Positions 46,208 through 56,000 of a DNA stretch of 64,000 nucleotides are shown here, piece after piece (positions within the stretch are counted from its first letter, which is position 1; every line of letters begins with the position of its first letter). The notes under the pieces were generated by a model, which saw only the letters and a list, made by a program, of their open reading frames with translations, made no database searches and was not told where the DNA came from. The translations under genes and the position numbers were made by a program. Where the stretch lies: positions 10,588 through 74,587 of the IMG/VR virus record IMGVR_UViG_3300017956_006678. One strand, 5' to 3'. Source of the DNA: a virus.

Positions 46208-48895
46208 ATGGCAAAGAAAAAAATTAGAGGAAAAACTATTAAATTAGCTGATGCAAATAAAGCTGATTATATAGTTCGAAAAAATGATGGCATCAATATT
46301 GACACTGTTACATTTCCTAGCGACGTTCAAATTGGACTAGCTTCAGGAAAAAATAGTAATTTAACTGTCACGGGACAAATCAAAGGATCGATTCAAGAAA
46401 CAAAAGATGGTTTGCCATATCTTGTTGCAGGTACAGGTATAACAATTGCCACAGGATCTAACGGTCAGGTGACAATAGAATCTTCTGGAGGTGGAGCATC
46501 AGGAGATATAACAAGTGTAATTGCTGGTAATGGTTTAACAGGAGGAGGGTTAACTGGAGATGTTACACTTAATGTTGGATCTGGAACAGGAATAGATGTA
46601 GGGGGAAATTCAATCAGTGTTGATGTTTCTGATTTTATGTCTAATGGAGCAGCTAATAGAATACTGACAGCCACGGGCCCAGATACAATGCAAGCAGAGT
46701 CTTTGTTATTATTTGACGGGACAACACTATCTGTGCCTAATAAAATTAAAGTTTCTGGGGATGTACATTTAACCAACACTGATCCATTTCTTGTCACAAA
46801 TAGCACAAATTTAAAAGTCCAGTCATCTGGAAGCATATGGGCACAAATTGATGATGGAGGAGATAAAACTTCAAGTTTCAGAATATATTCAGGCTCGCAA
46901 ATAATAATGAATGTCGAAAGTAGTAACTTTTCAACAACGTTTCCTGCCGGAGATATTTTTATAACAAATAATAATGACTTAAGATTAAATACAGGCGGAA
47001 CAATAGTCTTAGATAATAATAGCGATTCTGAAGTATACCTCAGCTCTTCAAGTGGATTATCTTTGGACATTGACAGTAATAATATCCTTAATTTATACGC
47101 AGACAATAATATAATTCATTATTTAGGAGATCATCAGGCTGGAACGTATTCTAGAAATTCTTTTAATGCAGGAAACAACACGTTTAACGTGGACAATGAT
47201 GATATGGACTTTAGAGTGCATACAAGCAACTATGAAGGTACATTCTTTGTTGATGCCGGCGACGATACTGTAATAATAGGCGCACAAGATTTTGATTCAA
47301 CCCCAGCAGCTTCAGAGCTTCTTTCAAAGGGTTATGGTAACGATGTTAAAATAATGTTGTCTGGGACTTATGACTCTAAGGACAGTTCGACCCGAGGTGT
47401 TGTTTTAATGACAGGTGACACAACAGTTTCCGGAAACTTGTATATAGCAGGAGACACTTCCGCAAAAAGAAAAATCTCATCGATCGGATCAATGGAAATT
47501 AGGTCTATAGATGGGACAACTTCTGTTGTCGGAGATAACAATGTTAATGTTTGGATTGGTTATGATGGAGCAGGTTCAAATCAATCATTTTCCATTTATA
47601 AGGGCACGGGAGGTTATGAGCAAATATTTGTTGTTAGTGAAGACAAATCAGTTAGAATATTTGGTGAACTAGATGTTGAAAGTAATTTAGTTGTTCATTT
47701 AGATTACGACTCTGATAATTCAAATTCTTATTTTGGAACTAAAAATGGAGGCGGAACTTTTAATCAGGTTTTTTATGAAGATGGAAGAGCTTATTTTAAT
47801 TATAGTAGACAGTCAACAGGAAATTTTATAGTCAATGGAGATAATGATTATGGATTAATATTTGTAGATGCTGGAGAGGACGCTGTTGCTTTAGGTAGTG
47901 CAATAGATATAAATCCTAATTGGTCTGAACTTACAGAAACCGGAACAGATGTTAAAGTATTATTATCAGGAACAATCGGTTCCAAAGATGGTTCAACACG
48001 AGGGGTTACATTAGCAGCGGGTGATTTTGCTGCTTCTGGGAGCATATACACGGGAGGCAACTTACTTTCACTAGATAGTACATTGGCTTTAAATGCTAGT
48101 TCTGAAGTTAGTTCTTTTGTATCTTCAAATAAAAATGCCACATATTCAAGTGCAACTGAGTTTAATACAAATCGAGCTGATGTTGATTTTGAAGTTAATA
48201 CAGATGATTATTATGGTACATTTTTTATTGATGGTAATGACAATACAATAATAATAGGACATGAACTATTTGACAGTTCCCCATCAGCATCAGAAGTTTC
48301 CGGATATGGTAATGATGTTAAAATTATGTTATCTGGATCTGCCGGATCAAAAGATACTTCTAATAGAGGTGTTGTTTTAGTGACAGGTGATTTAGTTGTC
48401 TCAGGGACTACTCATTTAACTAATTTAACCAGCCCGGGAAGCATATTATCATTTAGAAATTTTAATACAGTAAATGCAGAAGACTTTGATGTGCCTACAA
48501 GTTTTAACTTTATAGAAGGGATCACTTCTGGAAAGGCATACATAACATTTGATGCACCTTCAACAGGAAACGTTGAGTTAGAATTTAGTGTCTACGTTGA
48601 ACAAACTGGTGCTGGCGCTGACTTGTTTATGGCATTATCAACAAATGGATCTACATGGACAACTATTTCAAATACAGATGTAAAAGTTTTTGATGGAGAT
48701 GAGAATGACGATGGATATCGAACATTTAAATGGATTCTTACCGGTCTAACCTCTGGAACTTCTTATACATATTATTTTGGGGCAGAGTCTAATAGTAGTA
48801 CTGGTATTGACCTTAATTGGGGAAAAGCTTCTGCTGCTATTGGTTACCCACCTTTAATAATGAAAGCAACATCACTTCCAAATACTATTACGTAG
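46208..48895 (+). CDS. Tail fibre-like protein with internal repeats
   Basis: LVAGTGITI, GDITSVIAGNGLTGGG, GSGTGIDV fibre motifs; three internal repeats; C-terminal LTGLTSGTSYTY. Confidence 0.75.
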   Translation: MAKKKIRGKTIKLADANKADYIVRKNDGINIDTVTFPSDVQIGLASGKNSNLTVTGQIKGSIQETKDGLPYLVAGTGITIATGSNGQVTIESSGGGASGDITSVIAGNGLTGGGLTGDVTLNVGSGTGIDVGGNSISVDVSDFMSNGAANRILTATGPDTMQAESLLLFDGTTLSVPNKIKVSGDVHLTNTDPFLVTNSTNLKVQSSGSIWAQIDDGGDKTSSFRIYSGSQIIMNVESSNFSTTFPAGDIFITNNNDLRLNTGGTIVLDNNSDSEVYLSSSSGLSLDIDSNNILNLYADNNIIHYLGDHQAGTYSRNSFNAGNNTFNVDNDDMDFRVHTSNYEGTFFVDAGDDTVIIGAQDFDSTPAASELLSKGYGNDVKIMLSGTYDSKDSSTRGVVLMTGDTTVSGNLYIAGDTSAKRKISSIGSMEIRSIDGTTSVVGDNNVNVWIGYDGAGSNQSFSIYKGTGGYEQIFVVSEDKSVRIFGELDVESNLVVHLDYDSDNSNSYFGTKNGGGTFNQVFYEDGRAYFNYSRQSTGNFIVNGDNDYGLIFVDAGEDAVALGSAIDINPNWSELTETGTDVKVLLSGTIGSKDGSTRGVTLAAGDFAASGSIYTGGNLLSLDSTLALNASSEVSSFVSSNKNATYSSATEFNTNRADVDFEVNTDDYYGTFFIDGNDNTIIIGHELFDSSPSASEVSGYGNDVKIMLSGSAGSKDTSNRGVVLVTGDLVVSGTTHLTNLTSPGSILSFRNFNTVNAEDFDVPTSFNFIEGITSGKAYITFDAPSTGNVELEFSVYVEQTGAGADLFMALSTNGSTWTTISNTDVKVFDGDENDDGYRTFKWILTGLTSGTSYTYYFGAESNSSTGIDLNWGKASAAIGYPPLIMKATSLPNTIT
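47183..48415 (+). repeat. Three diverged ~85-aa repeats in the tail fibre (about 47183-47445, 47795-48050, 48161-48415)
   Basis: FN....DF.V......FFVDAG.D.V.IG...DVK(I/V)(M/L)LSG...SKD.S.RGV.L..GD...SG occurs three times. Confidence 0.85.
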
Positions 48896-48910
48896 TTTTT
48901 TTAGCAGGGT

Positions 48911-48923
48911 ATAATTATAAATT
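48911..48923 (+). promoter_or_regulatory. Possible late promoter ATAATTA directly before an SD-less ATG
   Basis: ATAATTA at 48911-48917, also intergenic at 34372 and 59964; weak given the AT-rich background. Confidence 0.3.
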
Positions 48924-49973
48924 ATGGGAATACTAAACAAAAAAGAGAGAATAATGGATACGATCATAACTGTTGAAGGACGTCGACAGTTTGGGCGTGG
49001 TAATTTTAGACCTGAATTTGCATCTTTCACAGATGGGCAAGCGTTTTACGAAACTGATGTAGTGAGTGGTTCTACAGATGCTAGAGATAGAATACTTTTT
49101 GAAGCAGTCAGCTTACCAGCAGATAAAATATTTTTAGAGTATGATGATTCAGGTAGACTACTAGGAAGTCCTGATGTTAAAATTAATATTGCAGGTAATT
49201 CCGGAATATTTCTCAGAGATGATAACGGAAATTATAATTTAGCGAACAATAGCAATTTTACAACGTTAGCAGAAACAATGGTAACAGGTGCAATTGATAA
49301 TTTAAATAGACATCAGCTACTTGGTTCTTATAAACCTAATGATGTTAATGATTTTTCTTTTGATCTAACAGAAGAAAATATTGATTTTGTAATTGACAAC
49401 ATAACGCCTTTTGGTAATCTACCTAATAAAAACTCTAAAGAAATAGACGCAATGCAACCTTTCCTTTATGACAAAAGGTTGAATCATTTACCACAATTCC
49501 AATTTTTGCCGCCTGTTAGATCTTCAGATAATAAATTAGTAAGCCTTTATGATGATTTAAATGATCGATCAATAATAACTTTTCAAGACTTAATTAATGA
49601 TATCGGTGAGTTACCATTAGAAAATAAAAATACAGAATCTGAAAAAGATTTATTAAGTCAATTTGGAAATTTAGAAGATTCTTTTGTTAATGCTGCTAAA
49701 CAAAATACTAATCCAAACATAGGATACCCAAGAGAATCAGTTAAGTTTGTTGATACAACATTATCAAACAATATTTTTGCTCAATGTTTTGAAATTAGAT
49801 CAGAAAATAATGAAAACTACTTGGAAAAGTTAAGTGTTATTGATTTCGGAACTTTTAGAGATAATTCAGACAAAAATAGACCTGACAAACATGTGTTTTT
49901 TGTGGGCAAAGTTAAAGACGGTGTTGGTAATATGCCTACTTTTATTAATTTATTTACTTTGGTATTTGACTAA
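48924..49973 (+). CDS. Virion protein with a tail-collar (DUF3751-like) N-terminus; paralog of the 59997 gene
   Basis: MGILN...DTIITVEGRRQFG...ASFTD resembles MGFLD...DAVLTRKGREFLA...FALGD. Confidence 0.55.
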   Translation: MGILNKKERIMDTIITVEGRRQFGRGNFRPEFASFTDGQAFYETDVVSGSTDARDRILFEAVSLPADKIFLEYDDSGRLLGSPDVKINIAGNSGIFLRDDNGNYNLANNSNFTTLAETMVTGAIDNLNRHQLLGSYKPNDVNDFSFDLTEENIDFVIDNITPFGNLPNKNSKEIDAMQPFLYDKRLNHLPQFQFLPPVRSSDNKLVSLYDDLNDRSIITFQDLINDIGELPLENKNTESEKDLLSQFGNLEDSFVNAAKQNTNPNIGYPRESVKFVDTTLSNNIFAQCFEIRSENNENYLEKLSVIDFGTFRDNSDKNRPDKHVFFVGKVKDGVGNMPTFINLFTLVFD

Positions 49974-49999
49974 AGATAGAATTTTGGAGAAAATAATTA

Positions 50000-52900
50000 A
50001 TGCCTATTCGAGTTAAATTTAATCAAAGCGTTATAAACAAAAATAATAGAAAGTTAATTCTTACGCCTAATGAGACTAATGAGCATGTTGTTGTTTTTCT
50101 TAATAAAAATAACAAATACGAATTTTTAATTCCATTAAGAGTAGATTTAAAAGAAAGTATAAATAAGAACTTTACTTTTGAAATGGAAATACAAAATAAT
50201 TTACAACTTAAAAAACCAACGATTGTTAATGAATCAAGTTTAAGTCCATCAACAGAACATTTAGATAAGTTTGGAATGCTACCTGGTCAAATTAATCAAA
50301 ATTCTAGAACTGTTGAACGAATTAAAAAGCGTAAAGAAAAATTAGAAAGATATGAAGGAATTAACAATTCAAAAGGAAGAGATAAAAATTTAGGAGAAAA
50401 TAGTTTAAGATCTAATTCTGACAGAAAATTTCAAGGAAAATATGGATCTAATGACAAAGTTAAGCAAAAAATTAAAAAAGATATAATATTAAATAATGTT
50501 CATGAAGCTCAAAAAGTGCAACGTGATATTGTTTTATTGAATAAAGCTAAAACGATTAAAAAGAAAAAAATCGACTATACAAAAAAAATATCTAATAAAA
50601 AAGTAAAAAATATTGTTCGTAAAGATAAATCAGATGATGAAATATTTGGTTATAAAAAGTCTTATAAACTAGGTAAGCCTAACAATCCTGGTATTGACAT
50701 GTCGTCCCCTATTTATATTTCAAATATCGACATAGGCGGTAATATAACAAATACCGGTCAAAATAATATTAATAATAATCCGGATATTAAAAACAATAAC
50801 ATAAAAAATCAGTCCACAGAAGTTTTATTAAATAATCAATATCTTAAAAAACAAGATCCCGCTGTTCTTTTTGAAGGCGTACCAACACATCGTTCTGTAA
50901 AAAATGTTGATCGAGGTACAAAACCAAAATTAGGTGTTAAAAGCTCTGGTAAGAAAAGAACAACTTTAGATAAAATTAACGTTTCTAAATCTTTAAAAGA
51001 TAACACAAAACCACCTGGGCTTGATCTAGTTAATCGAGCTGTAGGTAGCGGTAATCGTTCTATAAGAACAGGAATTAAAGGCACAGGAAGCTTTGATATT
51101 ACAGGAAGAAAAAATAAAAAAGTCAAAAATAATCAAAAACCATTTGTTTATTCACAAAAAGAAATTAATAGAAAAACACTGATTTATATGAATTATGTTT
51201 TAGAAGATGATCATCTCTTTGGTGAAAAAGTAAATCTTGTTTTTAAGTGTATTAATAGAAAAGGTTTAGTCCTTATGGATAAAATCTTTACACTAAATGC
51301 ATTAGACATTATTGACAAGCAAACATCAATACCAGATTTTATGCCGAGCTTAAGTGTGACGAAAAATAGACACGCAAATTTTGCGCGTGTTGAAGTTTTT
51401 AATAAGTCATCTAATGATATAAGATACAAAATTTATAGAAAAGTCCTAGAACCATCAAAAAGTATTCAATCTTTAAATTATTCGCTAATATTAGAAGGAA
51501 CTGTCAAAGCAAAGTCGTCAAATAGAGAAAAAATCGATCAGTATCACAACTTAGATTGTTTGTATCGAATGACATATGAAATATTTGGAAAAGAAGACAG
51601 CATAGAATACGCAAATTTTTCAAATGATGTTTCGTTAATGGCACACCCGGCAAATAGTTCTAGATATGTCGTTCTAGAAGCAGCAGTTACAAATGTAGAA
51701 TCTAATGAGTCAATTGAAGTTGAAATTAGACATCTACCTCCTGACACAGATAGTGTAAAACTTTTAAGAAAATCTGTTAGTAATGTTAATAGTCCTAATA
51801 AGATGCAAAAAATGGAATATGTCAGAGATCCTAATGATGATAATAGAGTCCAAATTAAAAAGCCTAGTTTAGATAGAATGGTTTCTTTTGTTGATAGAGG
51901 CGTTGTTGACGGTACCACTTATGAATATCGTGCTGAAATTCTTTTAAAAAGAGGTACAAAACATGTAAGTACTAATTGTATTAGAGAAAAATTTGAGGAA
52001 AAAACAGACATATTTAAGCCAAAATTGGGTGTGTCAGATCAAATAGAAAATAATGATTTAACAGTAAATATAAACAGCTTACAAAACGTATTTACAAACG
52101 TAGATTCTCTTAAAGCCTTAAGTGATCAACAAAAAATTAAAAGTGTTCCTGTTCTTAAATTAGAAAAAAGAAAAACAATAGCTGACGATTTAATTGACAA
52201 GCTATCAGCAAAAGGCGAAACATTTACCGAAGATCTAAAAAAGATTAAGCAAGCATCAAACGTACAAGGTGGCGCATCAATTACTTTAATTAATAAGACA
52301 GATGGTGGACGTTTTCATTTAGGGGACATTAAAGAAGGAGAACCTATAATAACTGGTAATCTTAATTTAGAAGGATCCTCAGTTAAAAAGAATTGCGAAT
52401 ATGCAATAAAAATTGAACCTTACGAAATATCAACAAAAGACACAATAGATAAAATATCTAAAGTTTTGTCTAATGCTAATAGTTTAGCAAATGCATCAGA
52501 AGTCGTTAATAAGTTTTCTTCAATAAGAAGATCAGCATTAGCAGATATTAAAAGAAGTAGCAGACAAAATGCTACTAGTCAAAAAGATCGATCTAAATTC
52601 TTTAGTAAGCGACGTTTAAAAAGAGGATCGATTGAACCAGCAGATCGCGCAAAATCTTTAGCTAAGTCCACAATTAAATCAGATTTTATTGATTTAGATT
52701 ATACAGGAGATATTATCAATATTCCTTTCAATACCAATGTTAGAAGAGAATTTTCAGCTGTATTTGTTGATACATATGTGTCGCCTTATCACAATGTTAT
52801 TTTAACGTTTAAAGTTGCAGGATCATTGCAGGATATAGACTTTATTATAATTAGTGCAAAAAAAGATGACGAGTATTATCCTGTAGGATCAGCACATTGT

Positions 52901-53083
52901 GATAAAGAAAATGAAATATATAATTTTTTAGATTATACAAATTCTGATTATTTAGGAAGAATTGAATATTATGCACAAGCTGTTTATGAGTCAGGTGAAA
53001 TTGATACGCAACGTCATAAAATAGGCGAAGCAATATTAGTTAATAAATTTGATGATGAATTCTTAATTAAAAATAAAAAATAG
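50000..53083 (+). CDS. Large hypothetical virion protein, basic N-terminal half and Ig/FN3-like C-terminal domains
   Basis: K/N-rich first ~400 aa; YKIYRK and FVDRGVVDGTTYEYR FN3-like motifs. Confidence 0.6.
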   Translation: MPIRVKFNQSVINKNNRKLILTPNETNEHVVVFLNKNNKYEFLIPLRVDLKESINKNFTFEMEIQNNLQLKKPTIVNESSLSPSTEHLDKFGMLPGQINQNSRTVERIKKRKEKLERYEGINNSKGRDKNLGENSLRSNSDRKFQGKYGSNDKVKQKIKKDIILNNVHEAQKVQRDIVLLNKAKTIKKKKIDYTKKISNKKVKNIVRKDKSDDEIFGYKKSYKLGKPNNPGIDMSSPIYISNIDIGGNITNTGQNNINNNPDIKNNNIKNQSTEVLLNNQYLKKQDPAVLFEGVPTHRSVKNVDRGTKPKLGVKSSGKKRTTLDKINVSKSLKDNTKPPGLDLVNRAVGSGNRSIRTGIKGTGSFDITGRKNKKVKNNQKPFVYSQKEINRKTLIYMNYVLEDDHLFGEKVNLVFKCINRKGLVLMDKIFTLNALDIIDKQTSIPDFMPSLSVTKNRHANFARVEVFNKSSNDIRYKIYRKVLEPSKSIQSLNYSLILEGTVKAKSSNREKIDQYHNLDCLYRMTYEIFGKEDSIEYANFSNDVSLMAHPANSSRYVVLEAAVTNVESNESIEVEIRHLPPDTDSVKLLRKSVSNVNSPNKMQKMEYVRDPNDDNRVQIKKPSLDRMVSFVDRGVVDGTTYEYRAEILLKRGTKHVSTNCIREKFEEKTDIFKPKLGVSDQIENNDLTVNINSLQNVFTNVDSLKALSDQQKIKSVPVLKLEKRKTIADDLIDKLSAKGETFTEDLKKIKQASNVQGGASITLINKTDGGRFHLGDIKEGEPIITGNLNLEGSSVKKNCEYAIKIEPYEISTKDTIDKISKVLSNANSLANASEVVNKFSSIRRSALADIKRSSRQNATSQKDRSKFFSKRRLKRGSIEPADRAKSLAKSTIKSDFIDLDYTGDIINIPFNTNVRREFSAVFVDTYVSPYHNVILTFKVAGSLQDIDFIIISAKKDDEYYPVGSAHCDKENEIYNFLDYTNSDYLGRIEYYAQAVYESGEIDTQRHKIGEAILVNKFDDEFLIKNKK

Positions 53084-53094
53084 GATAATATAAA

Positions 53095-56000
53095 ATGGGC
53101 GGATTTAATTTAACGACCCTTGACAGCAATGTTAGTTTCCAACCTGGAAAATTAACAGTGTCAGGAATCAATGCTGAAGAAGAAGAAACAAATACTGCAG
53201 TTATTAGTAATACAGAAGTTGCATTAGAAACTAGTCCGGATCCTGCTTATGAACCACCTCCTACATCTTCAACATATGTTTCTCAAGAAGTAAAAGATTT
53301 AAACCCAGAAGTTGAACAAGATCCTTTTGACACTGTAGGGGAAACAGAAGAATTTTACAATGAAGTTGAAATCTACGACCCTCTAAACAAAGGAGGCGGA
53401 GAAAGTGCACGAAATCCAGCCAATATTCCTGATCCCGGAGCAATAGCAGATTACAAAGAAGAGCAAGAGGAAAAAGAACAAGAAGAAGAATCTGAAGAAG
53501 AATTAGACTTGCCTATAGATAAAGATGTAATACATGAGCAGCTAGGAATAACATTAGAAACATACTTAGAAGAAGTAGCACCAACTATTTATGACACAAT
53601 ACCAAATTCTAATGATACATATGATAGCACTTCTGATAATCCATCAAATACTACATACTATAGACTTAAAGAAAAGCTAAACGCTGAAGGGTTTAGCGAA
53701 GAATTTCCACAAGTTATTGGAATGACTGAATTTAAGCCTCTTTTTTCTTTTATAGAGGCAAATGATCCTAGATCAATATCAACTAGTGACTTAAGTAAAA
53801 TTATTGAAAGTTTAGACTTGAAAGAAACACCCGCTAACAAACTTTTAGAAATTCAGACTCACGTAAAAAGAATATGCGGTAAAAATACACGGCAACTATT
53901 TAATATATTTAATAAAAGCTTTACTAATAACAGATATAAAAATAGTCCTTACACAAACGTACGGACGTTTATTAATGATTTAAATAATTTAGATCAAGAA
54001 ACTAAGTTTATGAGAGATATTTCTTATAATTTTTTAGACGATACATTTTCTATTGAAGAGATTGTGCAATCTTTAAAAAACAATGGAAAGTCTAAAGGAA
54101 CAAACATTGCTGTATTTATAAAAGGTAACTCTAATAATCCGTATGTGTTAGCTGTATTAAGATACTACATCTTAATAAATTTTGCAAAATCAATTATGAG
54201 TCTTTTGCAAAAAAAAATAGAAGGTAGAGGTTCTTTCTTAAATTCATTTTACGATGACGTTGTTGTTAATAGTGACATAGTTGATTCAGATCTCAAAAGA
54301 GTGTTTAACGACCTAGGGTTGTCAATTAATGATTTTAATAATTTTCTGTCAAATATATTTGTCCAAGATCTTCCTACAAGTGCGAATATTGCCAGGCTAG
54401 TTAAAGCAATACACGCAATTGGATCAGGGATGATTACTAGTAAAGAATATAAAATTTATAATAATGACAATTTAGACGAGGCAAACGGGCTAGTTGTTGA
54501 ATCGATCAAATCTTTTTTAGATCATAGCAGAAAGATGAAGTATGAAAGTTTTTTAAAGCATGCTTACAATAATAACTCTTATACTACAAATAGCAGTTTA
54601 GAAGAATCACAAACTGATCCAACGTCAGCGATATCTATTCTTTCTCCTTACCTATTTGATAAGGAATTAGATATAAATAGTTATACACAAATTACGAGAG
54701 CACTTATTCCTTTAGTCTATGATATTAAAAATACTATAAGCTTTGGGAAAAATACCAATGATACAGACAATGACAAAGATAGTCAAATTAATTTGATCGA
54801 AAATCATTTACACCCAGATGGTATTAGTTCATCAGAAATTTATAACAATAAAAGCACAAATATCAATACTAGTAAAGATGTAATGAAATATTTCGACAAA
54901 TCAATAGACATAAATTTTTCAACAGATCCAAACATAACAGAATCAATAATAAATACAACAGATTTTTCTAAATTAGTATATCAAAATCATGATGATAAAA
55001 CAATTTTAATTGCAGATAACAATGGAATTATTCATAAAGATGAAACTAGTGCAATAGGAGATGACAACATTCAATCTCTGAGAGAATTTGCATTTTCATT
55101 GGATGATTTTTCAGGAGATAAAATTAATGACGTGTATTCACATGTCCAGTCTTCTGTTACAAACATGACTAAACAATTTAAAGATAATTATGCAGTTAAA
55201 AATCTGTCTGAATACTCTCATATACCCGAAGATTATTTTACTAATTTCTTTGATAATCTTGCTGAAATGATTCAAGATTTAAGATTTTTAAATACTACTT
55301 CAGATACTAGACTAATGGAAGCAATAGCATTAACTTATGCTGGTGTATCAAAAAAAATTAATAAGAAAACGTTTATAGCATCTTTAGTTTTGCATCATAA
55401 TATAAAGTTAGGAGACGCACGTCAATTCTTTAACATGTATGCAGACAACTTGCTGGATTCTATGGTTGTTGCTGATGAATTAGTAGATACATTTATAAAT
55501 AATGAGTCTTTTATTTCTAAATCAAATAATGGAAATGACTTTAGAGAAGCAGCATTGATTAAAGTGCACAATAAGCAAGCTTTTTATGGAGGAGAAATAA
55601 ATACTAGTACAGAAGCTTCGACAGATTATTACGATTATGTACGAAGATCTGTTTTTGATTATCTTTTCACAAGATATTATGATAAATTAATACCTGGAAC
55701 ACAGCTCACAGTTGGGGGAGGAAATCAAGATGATGATGCAGGTGAACAGTCAAATTTAAATCAAGTATTTTTAGATGCTGTGTATAAAGATTTAAAGAAA
55801 GATAAAAAACGCACATATGATGGTGATGAAGGAAACTTAGAATATATATGGGATGCATCATCGGAAGATAAAACTCAAAAAATGGGCACACCAAAAACAA
55901 TAGATTTAAGTGTACCTTCAAAATCTGATACAGAATATAATGTGGGAGGAAGCTGGACAGTAACAAAAATTAATCAGCCTTTTAAAAGAATGTTTAGTAT

